Positions 1-9,003 of a stretch of 64,000 bases of DNA are shown here, in pieces (within the stretch, counting starts at the first letter, position 1; each line of letters opens with the position of its first letter). Below the pieces are notes generated by a model. The model did not search any database and was not told the origin of the DNA. It saw only the letters and a list, made by a program, of their open reading frames with translations. A program made the translations under genes and the position numbers. Source of the DNA: Nannocystales bacterium (GTDB lineage Bacteria > Myxococcota_A > Polyangia > Nannocystales > Nannocystaceae); the NCBI GenBank assembly GCA_050633305.1, contig JBOEGF010000001.1, positions 32,001-96,000 on the forward strand. The letters run 5' to 3'.

Positions 1-1069
1 TGCCCGAGGAGATGACGGTCGTGAAGATGGGCGTGGTTCCCCGCATCAACACCAGCGTCTGTTGCGTGACCTCGACATCGACCCACAGGGCGGTGTCCGC
101 GATGCCCTTGGGCGGGGCTGCGGGGATGAAGCGGCGGATCGCCCGTGCTTCGACCCACCCACTTCCGTCGTGGAGTGGATAAAACACCGTGCCCCGCTTT
201 CGGACAGAGGCGTCGTCCACAACCACCGTGGTTTGAAACGCGAGGGCACCCGATGTCTTGGCGTCGGGGTGAGGGGTGCTCAGCTTCGACGCTTTGGGCC
301 AGGCGACGACCCAGGCCAACGTTCCCTCTGTGGGCAGGGGATCGTTGAGGAGGTCGCGGCCTTCGAAAGCGCTCGGCTTGAACCGTCGCACGTCGGCCTC
401 TTTCACGACGCGTCGTGTGTCGTCCTCAAGTACCCGCTCGCCGTTGGCCCACCGCCTTCGCACGAAGGCGTAGTCATGATCTGCGGCGAGTTCTCCAACG
501 GGCGCATCGCCTCGGCGCAGCGCGGCGCGGGACCGCCAGAGTGGAGCCGCGTTTTCGCCCTTGCGTCGTTTGGCATATCGAAACGGCGTCAGTCCGTTTC
601 CCCCGATGCGCGGCAGCGGGAACGGCTCGGGCCCATCGACGACCGTGCTGCGGCCCAGGCACACGTATGCAGCGACGCCGACTCGGGCCCATCCCGCCTT
701 GCATTCCGGATCCCCTTCGACGAACTCGAGCACGTGAAACGTTTCGCCCCGTGCAATCTTGCCGCGGAAGGCTGCGGAAAAATCCGCCGCGTCGTAGAGC
801 ATCGTCGCCCGCTGTGCCTTGCGGAGCTCAAGCGTTGGGACCGGCTCTGGCGCGCGCGGCTGGGGCTCCTGCTTCGTTGTGCTCGGCGGTGCCGGGGAGG
901 CAGGATCCTCGGATGGGGGGGGCGCATCGGCAGGCGTTGGCTCCGCTTCTGACTGCACGAGTGCCGGCACATCCGGCAACACGTCCGGCGCCGGCGAGGG
1001 CGCCGGGTCGCGGTCACAAGCACTGGCCCACAACAAGGCCAAGCACGCGTAGGTGCGCGATGCTGGCAT
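1..1069 (-). CDS. L,D-transpeptidase (YkuD-like) lipoprotein, truncated by window edge
   Basis: Manually translated (absent from the ORF track because it runs off the window): MPASRTYACLALLWASAC (lipobox-like), Pro-rich linker, ends WVDVEVTQQTLVLMRGTTPIFTTVISSG, typical of the start of a YkuD domain; catalytic motif lies outside the window. Confidence 0.7.
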   Translation of the reverse strand, partial: MPASRTYACLALLWASACDRDPAPSPAPDVLPDVPALVQSEAEPTPADAPPPSEDPASPAPPSTTKQEPQPRAPEPVPTLELRKAQRATMLYDAADFSAAFRGKIARGETFHVLEFVEGDPECKAGWARVGVAAYVCLGRSTVVDGPEPFPLPRIGGNGLTPFRYAKRRKGENAAPLWRSRAALRRGDAPVGELAADHDYAFVRRRWANGERVLEDDTRRVVKEADVRRFKPSAFEGRDLLNDPLPTEGTLAWVVAWPKASKLSTPHPDAKTSGALAFQTTVVVDDASVRKRGTVFYPLHDGSGWVEARAIRRFIPAAPPKGIADTALWVDVEVTQQTLVLMRGTTPIFTTVISSG

Positions 1070-1100
1070 GCGATCGCGTATGCCATACTCGGCCGCGTTC

Positions 1101-1922
1101 ATGGCGACGAATTTCCGCGGCACAGACGACTACATCGTTTCCGAAGAGTTGGCCCGATCGGTCGATGTGGCGATGCACTTGGGACGGCCTCTCCTGCTCA
1201 AGGGAGAGCCTGGTACCGGCAAGACCCTTCTGGCGGTCAACCTCGCGAAGGCCATGAACATGGCGCTCGAGCGTTGGCAGGTCAAGTCCACGACCAAGGC
1301 CGCCGAGGGGCTGTACGTCTACGACACGGTCCGTCGCTTGCACGACAGCCGCTTTGGGGACGGCGAAGTTTCCGACATCCGCCAGTACATCGACATGGGC
1401 CCACTGGGGCGCGCGTTCAAGAGCGAGACGAAGAACGTGGTGCTCATCGATGAGGTCGACAAGGCGGACCTCGAGTTCCCCAACGACCTCCTGCACGAGA
1501 TCGATACGATGAGCTTCACGATCCCCGAGACCGGGGAGACCGTGACGGCCAAGCATCGGCCTGTGGTCATCATCACCAGCAACAACGAGAAGGAGCTGCC
1601 CGACGCGTTCCTTCGCCGCTGCGTGTTCCACTTCATCGAGTTCCCGCAACGCGAGCTGATGGAGCGGATCGTGGCGGTCCACCATCCGGACGTCGAAGAG
1701 AAGCTCCTCGCAAACGCGCTGGAGGCGTTCTACCGGTTGCGCGCGGTCGATGGGCTGCGCAAGCCTCCATCGACGAGCGAGCTGATCGACTGGATCAGCG
1801 CGCTTCGACACGGTGGCATCAGCGAGGCGAAGTTGCTCGGGGCAGGGTTGCCGTTCTTGGGCACACTGCTCAAGAAGGAGCAAGACGTCGACATGCTGTC
1901 CCGTCGTCGGGGCCGGGCGTAG
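1101..1922 (+). CDS. MoxR-family AAA+ ATPase (CoxD-like)
   Basis: Walker A GEPGTGKT, Walker B VVLIDEVDKAD, TSNNEKELPDAFLRRC; start taken at ATG 1101. Confidence 0.9.
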   Translation: MATNFRGTDDYIVSEELARSVDVAMHLGRPLLLKGEPGTGKTLLAVNLAKAMNMALERWQVKSTTKAAEGLYVYDTVRRLHDSRFGDGEVSDIRQYIDMGPLGRAFKSETKNVVLIDEVDKADLEFPNDLLHEIDTMSFTIPETGETVTAKHRPVVIITSNNEKELPDAFLRRCVFHFIEFPQRELMERIVAVHHPDVEEKLLANALEAFYRLRAVDGLRKPPSTSELIDWISALRHGGISEAKLLGAGLPFLGTLLKKEQDVDMLSRRRGRA

Positions 1923-1939
1923 CCGACCTGGGAGCCGCG

Positions 1940-3154
1940 ATGTTCCTCGACTTCTTCTACAACCTTCGTACCGCAGGGGTACCGGTCAGTGCCCACAACT
2001 GGCTGGCGCTCATGCGAGCCATCGCCGACGGGTTGCACGAGAACTCGCTCGACGGCTTTTACCAGGTCGCCCGTTGTCTACTTGTCCCCACCGAGACGCA
2101 CTACGACGCGTTCGACCAGGCGTTCGGGGTCACGTTTCGTGGGGTGGAGGCTGACCTCTCCGCGCTCGTTGAGAATCTCGACGAGTGGCTCAAGGACCCG
2201 AAACAGCTCGCCTACCTCGACCCGAAGCTGCGGGCCGAGCTCGAGGCGATGGACATGGACACGTTGCGACGCGAGCTGCTCGAACGGCTGGAGCAGCAGA
2301 AGAAGCGACACGAGGGGGGGAACCGCTGGGTCGGAACTGGCGGAACATCACCGTTTGGGCAAGGGGGAGCGAACCCCGCTGGCATTCGTATCGGCGGGAA
2401 GGGGGGCTCCCGTAGCGCGCTGGCGGTGGCGGACTCGCGTCGCTTTCGGGCGTATCGCAAGGACTTGGTGTTGGACACCCGTCAGATCGCCGCTGCGCTC
2501 CGCAAGCTCCGGACGATGGGTCGCAACAGCGTCGACGACGAACTCGACCTGGACGAGACGGTCAACGCCACCGCGCGCAATTGCGGTGACCTCGAAATCG
2601 TGATGCGCCCGCCTCGGAAGAACGACGTGCGGGTGTTGTTGATGATGGACGTCGGCGGAAGCATGGATCCGTTCGCACGTTTGGTGGGTCGCTTGTTCTC
2701 GGCCGCCCACAACACGGGCGGGTTCCGAGAGCTGAAGCCCTACTACTTTCACAACTGCGTCTACGCCCAAGTCTACGAAGACGCGGCGTTTACCAAGCCG
2801 GTGCAGACCGATGAGCTCCTCCGCAAGTACGACGCGAGCTGGCGGATCATCATGGTCGGGGACGCGTACATGCACCCGGGCGAGCTGATGATGAGCACGT
2901 CCAACTGGTGGGATGGTCGCGGCGGCCCGGTGGGCATCACGTGGCTTGCCCGATTGGCCGACCGGTTTTCGCATGCGGCGTGGCTCAACCCGGAGCCCCC
3001 ACACGTTTGGGACGCCCCCACGATCTCGGAGATTCGCAACGTCTTCGACATGTTTCCGCTGACGCTCGCGGGGCTCTCCGACATGGTGCAGGCGCTGCGT
3101 CATCCGCCGCATCCGGCACGTCGGCACCGCGTTCACACCATTGCGCGCGGGTAG
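1940..3154 (+). CDS. VWA-domain protein (CoxE-like), MoxR partner
   Basis: MIDAS-like MDVGGSM, YYFHNC, VGDAYMHPGE; directly follows the MoxR gene. Confidence 0.85.
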   Translation: MFLDFFYNLRTAGVPVSAHNWLALMRAIADGLHENSLDGFYQVARCLLVPTETHYDAFDQAFGVTFRGVEADLSALVENLDEWLKDPKQLAYLDPKLRAELEAMDMDTLRRELLERLEQQKKRHEGGNRWVGTGGTSPFGQGGANPAGIRIGGKGGSRSALAVADSRRFRAYRKDLVLDTRQIAAALRKLRTMGRNSVDDELDLDETVNATARNCGDLEIVMRPPRKNDVRVLLMMDVGGSMDPFARLVGRLFSAAHNTGGFRELKPYYFHNCVYAQVYEDAAFTKPVQTDELLRKYDASWRIIMVGDAYMHPGELMMSTSNWWDGRGGPVGITWLARLADRFSHAAWLNPEPPHVWDAPTISEIRNVFDMFPLTLAGLSDMVQALRHPPHPARRHRVHTIARG

Positions 3155-3187
3155 CGGGTCGCACGCAGACGTGATATCGCCACAGGC

Positions 3188-4120
3188 ATGCGACGCCTGC
3201 TTTGGACCTCGTCTTTGTGCGCTGTGGCGCTCTCGTTGGCCGGCTGTCCCTCTGAGGAGGAGCCCGCCAAAGACGACAAGAAAGAGACCAAAAAGGAAAA
3301 GAAGGAGGAGGGCGAGCAGGATGATGCTGGTTCGCTGATGGTGGCTGAGGGCGATGGCGGGGTCGATGGTCCGGTGCCGCCCGAGGTCTCGATGGTGTTC
3401 TTCTCGGTCGAGGGCGCCCTGTATCCGCTGGCCTGCTTCGACAAAGACGCCAAGGCGATCAAGACGGGTTCGGCTTGCCTGAAGATGGTCAAGCCCGGTG
3501 ACGCCGTCCGGGTCGCCTCGCACGACTCGCAGTACAACAAGAAAGCCGGCGAACCCGTCGAGCCACAGTGTCTTGCCGGTTCGGGCAAGAAGGTCGCGAT
3601 CGGCGTGGAGGGCATCACCGAAGGTGCGGACTTCCTCTACGGAACCTGGCCGCCCGCGGGCATCAAGGTGATCAAGGAGGTCTCCGAGGACTCGACCGGC
3701 CCCGGCGCGGTGCAGATCGGAGATGAGGAAGCCTCGAAGCTCAAGGCGGCGATCTCGGCCGCTGGCGGCAAGGTCGGCGACGAGCTCAAGGTGCACCAAG
3801 TCGCGGAGATTCAGGGGCGGACGGCCAAGGATAAGGTCTACTCGGTCTACGTGCCGGACCCGAAGGTCCTCGAGCAATACAAGTGGAGTGGGGCGTTCCT
3901 CGCCGAGGGCGGGAATCTCGACAACCTCACGCTCATCGCGAAGTCGAAGAGCAAGAAGGACGTCTTCGAAGTCCGCGGCTCGATGGACCTCGACGGAGAC
4001 AAAGTGAACGAACTCTGGATGCGGATTGTCTTCGCGGAAGGTTCGGGCGACCAGATCTTCACGCTCAATGGAGGCAAGGTCAGCGGCGTCGGCAAGTGGA
4101 GCTGCGGCGCGGTCCGCTGA
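3188..4120 (+). CDS. hypothetical lipoprotein
   Basis: Signal peptide with lipobox LAGC; strong GC3 codon bias. Confidence 0.75.
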   Translation: MRRLLWTSSLCAVALSLAGCPSEEEPAKDDKKETKKEKKEEGEQDDAGSLMVAEGDGGVDGPVPPEVSMVFFSVEGALYPLACFDKDAKAIKTGSACLKMVKPGDAVRVASHDSQYNKKAGEPVEPQCLAGSGKKVAIGVEGITEGADFLYGTWPPAGIKVIKEVSEDSTGPGAVQIGDEEASKLKAAISAAGGKVGDELKVHQVAEIQGRTAKDKVYSVYVPDPKVLEQYKWSGAFLAEGGNLDNLTLIAKSKSKKDVFEVRGSMDLDGDKVNELWMRIVFAEGSGDQIFTLNGGKVSGVGKWSCGAVR

Positions 4121-4138
4121 GCACACGCCGTTCACGAA

Positions 4139-4186
4139 GAAACCCCGCCGTGACCACCAGGTCCGGGCGGGGTTTCGGTCGTTTTT
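4139..4186. terminator. putative intrinsic terminator between convergent genes
   Basis: GAAACCCCGCC (4139-4149) / GGCGGGGTTTC (4166-4176) inverted repeat, T-run shortly after. Confidence 0.6.
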
Positions 4187-4254
4187 GACGACTGTCTCGG
4201 GACCCGGCGTCCACCTGAAGTGAACGCCAACACCGTGGCCGCCTTCACTTCGAC

Positions 4255-4989
4255 TCAGCGGGCCTTCGGCACCAAGCCCTGACGTTTTGCGCCCTTGGGC
4301 GGAGCCTTGGCGGTGGCCATTTGCGACACGACGGCCTCCAGGCCCTCGGGCGTGCAGGTGGACTCGTTCCATGCCAATCGGCGGACGTTGGGCCACGCGG
4401 GGTCTCCGGCAACCCAGGCGTAGCTAATGCCACTGTACGTGAGCGTGTACGCGCCGGGCGTGTTCTTCATCTGCTTGACCTCGATGTCCGCTCCGAAGCG
4501 GAGCTTGAGCCGGTTCGCCTCGGTGTCGGCTGCCTCCTTGGGCGAGGGGGCATCGACGAACGAAGCGCGGAACCACACCGGCTTCCCCGATTCGCCGTCG
4601 TGGAAGTAGTAGCCGCAGCTGCGCTGGAACGACTCCCCAAGATACAGAGGTTTGCCGCAAGACTTGGCGGCGGCCTCGGCATCGAAACCAGCCTCGTTCA
4701 AGCAACAGTGCGGCTCGGGGAGTTTCGGGGCGTACAGTCGACAGAAGCCATTCGACTCATCGGGTTTTCCCGATCCCTTGCCCTTGATGTCTTCTACGCT
4801 CGTCTGCGGGAGAGCGTCGGCGGCGTAGAGGTCGTCGCCGATCTTCACGACACGGGGGTCGGACTCGTCGACCTGGGGTTGTGCCTTGGGTGCCGGTGCC
4901 GGGCTGGTGTCTTTGACCTCGGCGGGGCAGCCGAGCGTAGCCACCAGGCCCGCTCCGAGAAATCCCAGGGAGGCGATGCGTACGCGCAT
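4255..4989 (-). CDS. hypothetical lipoprotein
   Basis: Lipobox TLGC after a hydrophobic stretch; Cys-containing C-terminal domain. Confidence 0.7.
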   Translation of the reverse strand: MRVRIASLGFLGAGLVATLGCPAEVKDTSPAPAPKAQPQVDESDPRVVKIGDDLYAADALPQTSVEDIKGKGSGKPDESNGFCRLYAPKLPEPHCCLNEAGFDAEAAAKSCGKPLYLGESFQRSCGYYFHDGESGKPVWFRASFVDAPSPKEAADTEANRLKLRFGADIEVKQMKNTPGAYTLTYSGISYAWVAGDPAWPNVRRLAWNESTCTPEGLEAVVSQMATAKAPPKGAKRQGLVPKAR

Positions 4990-4999
4990 GGGGGGCGGT

Positions 5000-6193
5000 T
5001 TACCGTCTCGGGCGGCGTCTCGCCAAGGCCACCGGGACGCAAATCCACCAGGCCCATGCGCTGCCGCCGGGACCGCCGGGACTGCGACAACCGCAGCCGT
5101 CGTCAGCGGGCACCGGGTCTGGAGGCGGGTCCTCGCCGACCTCGACGGTGAAATCGACGCGGCTCTCGTTGCCGGCCTCGTCGGCGACGACCACGTGGAA
5201 GTCCCAGGTGCCGATCGGGAGGTCGGTCACGGAGAAGCCGGGGTCGACGCGGATGCTTTCGTTGTCGGGTCGTGCGTCCTCACCGAGCCACGCCCACACC
5301 GAGTATGCCTGCGGGTGTTGGTCGTCGCTGGTCTCGAACACGACATCGAAGTTGGCCGGAGCCTGGAAGTATTGCCCGTCCGAGGGCTCGAGCAGCTCGA
5401 CCACCGGCGCCTCGATGTCGACGTAGGCCGGACCGAACAAGCGCGTGAGCCGGGCGGCGGCGTTCTGGCGGTTGGAGTCGCCGCACTGCGCCATGTTGAG
5501 CTCGGGACACGCGGCTTGGCCGGGGTTGAGTTCGGTGTCCTCCACCATGCCGTCGCACTCGTCACGGAAGTACGTCGGAGCGTTGTCCCCGCTGGGGAAC
5601 ATGACCGAGCCTTCGAAGTCGATGTGGTCGAGACCCCAGGAGTGCGCTGCCTCGTGCAGTGAAGTTGTGGCGCCGCCATTGACCCATTCATTGAGGTCGC
5701 CGTCGAGGTGAGCGAAGGCGATCTGGTTGGGAACGTCGTCGTCGCAGTCCCCCGCTGGCGCGCTGCCGAGTGCTCCGTACTCCGACTCGGTGCCGCCGTA
5801 CACGACCATCGTGTAGTTCCCGCTTTCAGGACGCTGTGCGGTGACACGCACGCCGAACTCGGCCACGTCGCTGCGCATGGCCTGGAGCACTCCGACCTGG
5901 GTTTGCACGGTCCCCGAGAACGGAGGGAACGGCGCTTCGTAGTTGTACCAACTGCAATCACGGCGCGAGTCCGACGGGTTGCACTCTTCGAGCTGCACGC
6001 CGCCAAAGTTCACAAACAGCGTCGTGTTTTCGCCCAGGGCGTGCGGAGCAGGTGGAGTGGTGAACTCGTCAAGGGCAGGGCGAGGAGGCAGGGGGGCGTC
6101 GAGCCTGTGGGACGGCGCGGCGACCGTGGGTCCCGCAGCGAGCCACAGCACGAACCCGAGCACGAGGGAGCCGCTCAACGACGGCGCCTCCAT
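5000..6193 (-). CDS. secreted metzincin-like zinc peptidase with Ig-like domain and MYXO-CTERM tail
   Basis: HEAAHSWGLDH, Met-turn SVMFP, Ig-like domain, C-terminal GCGC..hydrophobic..RRRPRR. Confidence 0.75.
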   Translation of the reverse strand: MEAPSLSGSLVLGFVLWLAAGPTVAAPSHRLDAPLPPRPALDEFTTPPAPHALGENTTLFVNFGGVQLEECNPSDSRRDCSWYNYEAPFPPFSGTVQTQVGVLQAMRSDVAEFGVRVTAQRPESGNYTMVVYGGTESEYGALGSAPAGDCDDDVPNQIAFAHLDGDLNEWVNGGATTSLHEAAHSWGLDHIDFEGSVMFPSGDNAPTYFRDECDGMVEDTELNPGQAACPELNMAQCGDSNRQNAAARLTRLFGPAYVDIEAPVVELLEPSDGQYFQAPANFDVVFETSDDQHPQAYSVWAWLGEDARPDNESIRVDPGFSVTDLPIGTWDFHVVVADEAGNESRVDFTVEVGEDPPPDPVPADDGCGCRSPGGPGGSAWAWWICVPVALARRRPRR

Positions 6194-7338
6194 CCTGCGA
6201 GCAGGAGCGTGGTCCACACAAGGCTCGAAGGTCCTCGCCCAGAGCCCTGTTTGCGGACTGAGCAGGTGGTCGCGCCTTCGGGAGAGCCACCATCGGCGTC
6301 TTGGTCTGGAACCTCGCTGCCCTCAGGGAGGATCGTGAAGCGGACCGTATCCTCGCTGGCGTTGCCGCCCTCATCCGTGAGCACGACCCGTAGCTCGTAG
6401 TCCCCGGGCTCGGGGTTGGTGATCGCCAGCTCGAGGTCGCCTTCGAGTCCGACGTCGGTGCGCCGGTCACCGACCGACTGCCCGTTGTTGAAGACGTCGA
6501 TGTCGTAGAACTGCGGGTGCAGTTCATCTTCGATCGCCCCGCGCAGGATGAACGTGGTGGGGAGGACGAATGTGGACCCGTCGGGTGGGTACACCAGCTC
6601 GAAATCGGGAGGCTCCACGTCGGGCACGTGAGGGCCGAACAGGAGCAGCATCTCGCGATAGCTGTTTTGAAAGCCGGCATCGCAGAACTGCGTATGGATC
6701 TGGTTGCAGCTGCCAGGGGTGGGCTCGAGTGAGGTGTTGGCGACGATCGGTAAGCACGCATCGACGAAGCTCTGGGTCAGACCCGCCGCCTTGAACGGGT
6801 TCATGACGTCGACCTCCGAGTCGACGTGTTCGAGTCCCCAGGTGTGTGCCGCCTCTTGCAGAATCACGGTGGATCCCGTGTTCGAAGCTGTGAACGCCTG
6901 GGTGAAGCTTGTGTCGCCCAGGTTGAGATCCTCGCAGTCGATGTAGGGGGCGACACCTGCGAAGTCCTGCTCTCCGAGGTCGCCGTAGATCACCATCGTG
7001 TAGTCAACATCCTCCGGTGGACGTTGCGTGACGACGCGGACACCGAAGTCGGCCACCGTCTTGCGAGTGGCTTGGAGGATCGACATGCGCTGGGTGACGT
7101 TGCCGGCATACGGGCCGACGTAGCCGTCAAAGGTCTCCGCCAGAGAACTGCAGTCGTAGTGCGGGTCGTTTCCGCAGCCACGCTGGAGAACCGCGCCCTC
7201 GAAGTTGATGTAGAGCAGCTCAGGCGTCGTCTGCCGCGGAGAGGCTCCAACGGGCGTCGGCGCGGCACCGAGCGGTGGCGTACCCGTGGGACCGACGAGG
7301 ACGGTGGAGAGCCACAGCATCGAGGTTCCTCCGAGCAT
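6175..7338 (-). CDS. metzincin-like paralogue (QExxH variant) with Ig-like domain and MYXO-CTERM tail
   Basis: QEAAHTWGLEH, DVMNP, C-terminal TCSV..LLLAGWRRRR. Confidence 0.75.
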   Translation of the reverse strand: MLGGTSMLWLSTVLVGPTGTPPLGAAPTPVGASPRQTTPELLYINFEGAVLQRGCGNDPHYDCSSLAETFDGYVGPYAGNVTQRMSILQATRKTVADFGVRVVTQRPPEDVDYTMVIYGDLGEQDFAGVAPYIDCEDLNLGDTSFTQAFTASNTGSTVILQEAAHTWGLEHVDSEVDVMNPFKAAGLTQSFVDACLPIVANTSLEPTPGSCNQIHTQFCDAGFQNSYREMLLLFGPHVPDVEPPDFELVYPPDGSTFVLPTTFILRGAIEDELHPQFYDIDVFNNGQSVGDRRTDVGLEGDLELAITNPEPGDYELRVVLTDEGGNASEDTVRFTILPEGSEVPDQDADGGSPEGATTCSVRKQGSGRGPSSLVWTTLLLAGWRRRR

Positions 7339-7444
7339 GAGGCCAAGGCTAGCAGGCTGGCGTCATGTTCGGGACCAGCATGTGCACCCCAGCGTCAGCG
7401 GTGACGGCGCAACTGAGCTGCGTCCTCGAGGGGGCAGGGCTCCG

Positions 7445-8827
7445 TCAGTCTCGACGCCGGAACGCAACGAGCCCGAGCAGGGAGACCGCCGCCCATCCAA
7501 CACCGGAGGTGGGGTTCTCGACCGCGCAACCTCCTCCGTCGCCATTGGCACCCGCACCTGCGCCGTCGGTCTCGACGCCGCTGTCGTCGCCACCGTCGTC
7601 GTCGCTGCCCCCCTCACCAGCCTCGCCGCCGCCGGCTTCTCCTTCGCCACCCCCGCCACCTCCGGAGGATTCAGCACCTCCGTCCGTGCCACCGCTTCCT
7701 CCACTCCCGCTGCCCGTGGGGGGGTCGCCGATGACCGTGAACGTGACAGAGTCCGATGCCGGGTTGTCGTCCTCGTCCTCGGCGGTGATCGTGATCGTGT
7801 ACTCCCCGCTCTCGAGCCCCTGAATGGGAAAATCGAGCTCGGACGGTCCCGCGTAGGCCCCGTCGCTTTCCACGGGAGCTTCGAGAGTCCCGCCGTCGAT
7901 CGTGAGCGTCGCATTGATGATGACCGGCGACTGGTTGTCCTCGAAAGACACCCTGAGGTTCACCTCGCCCTCGAGCATGTCCCCCTCCGCCGGCTCGAGG
8001 ATCTGAACGGTGGGCGCTGTGGTATCGGGGATGCTGGGGCCGAACAATGCGAGCAACTCGCGGTAGCTGTTTTGAGAGTTGCTACTGCAGAAGTTGGTGT
8101 GCATTTGGTTGCAGTTCGCGCCTGTGGGGGAGGTCGAGCCGTCGTCGTTGAGGGTCACGATGGTGAGGCACTCGTCCTTGAAGATCTTGTTTTGCCCCTC
8201 CGTGGTTGGGTAGAGCAGGTCGCCTTGGTCATCGATGTGTTCCAGACCCCAGGTATGCGCGAGCTCTTGCAGAATGATCTCGGACATGCCGTCGGAGTTG
8301 CCGGACGCTTCGAGGGTGAAGGAGACCTCACCGCCCCGGTTGTCGAAACAGTCGATACTCGGTGCGACGCCTGCGAAGCCAGGATTGTCCAACCCTACCC
8401 AGTCGCCCACCATCTCCATGTCGTAGTCGCCGCTGCCAGGGCGGGTGTCGGTGACGGTGATGCCAAAGTCGTTGAGCCGGGTGCGGACGATCTGGATGAT
8501 CGAAGCTCGTTGGGCGGCGTCACCCGTGTAGGCCAGGACGGTGCCGAAGAAGAGGTTCGAGCAGTTGTTCTGGGGCCCGGAGTTGCAGGCGTTCATGTTT
8601 GCGCCGTCGAAGTTGACGAACAGAATCTTGTCGCCGAGCGCCATCGTGTGATCCGGGCCATCCAGCGCATCGGAGCCGGGGAGCTGCTGCGGAAAGGTGC
8701 CGGGCGAGGGCTGCATCGGGAGCGCCCCGTCGGCTGTGTCAGTCGGGTCCGGGGCGAAGTCGCTGCCCGGCGGAGTTGCGAGAAGCAGGAGCGTGGGCAA
8801 TGACAGGATGGAACCGACAAACAACAT
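7445..8827 (-). CDS. metzincin-like paralogue (QExxH variant) with Ig-like domain, Gly-rich linker and MYXO-CTERM tail
   Basis: QELAHTWGLEH, DLLYP, C-terminal GGGCAV..LLGLVAFRRRD; start reassigned to ATG 8827 (MLFVGSILSL). Confidence 0.75.
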   Translation of the reverse strand: MLFVGSILSLPTLLLLATPPGSDFAPDPTDTADGALPMQPSPGTFPQQLPGSDALDGPDHTMALGDKILFVNFDGANMNACNSGPQNNCSNLFFGTVLAYTGDAAQRASIIQIVRTRLNDFGITVTDTRPGSGDYDMEMVGDWVGLDNPGFAGVAPSIDCFDNRGGEVSFTLEASGNSDGMSEIILQELAHTWGLEHIDDQGDLLYPTTEGQNKIFKDECLTIVTLNDDGSTSPTGANCNQMHTNFCSSNSQNSYRELLALFGPSIPDTTAPTVQILEPAEGDMLEGEVNLRVSFEDNQSPVIINATLTIDGGTLEAPVESDGAYAGPSELDFPIQGLESGEYTITITAEDEDDNPASDSVTFTVIGDPPTGSGSGGSGGTDGGAESSGGGGGGEGEAGGGEAGEGGSDDDGGDDSGVETDGAGAGANGDGGGCAVENPTSGVGWAAVSLLGLVAFRRRD

Positions 8828-8949
8828 CACAAACCTCCGAGAATGCGACCGTTCGTCGCATGCCCGGAGCGTAAGACACCTGCGTGCAGCCCGGGGGGTG
8901 GAATCGCGGAAAAAACAGGGGCTGATTGATTTGTACCCAGGCGCGCACG

Positions 8950-8981
8950 AAAAACGCCGACCCCAGGATGGGGCCGGCGTT
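8950..8981 (-). terminator. intrinsic terminator
   Basis: Minus strand AACGCCGGCCCC-ATCCT-GGGGTCGGCGTT running into a T-tract, just downstream of the 9004 gene. Confidence 0.65.
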
Positions 8982-9003
8982 CGGAGTCGGTCAGCGCGTC
9001 GCC

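Noticed and set aside
62..952. 296-aa plus-strand ORF in the track
   Set aside because: Shadow of the minus-strand L,D-transpeptidase-like gene
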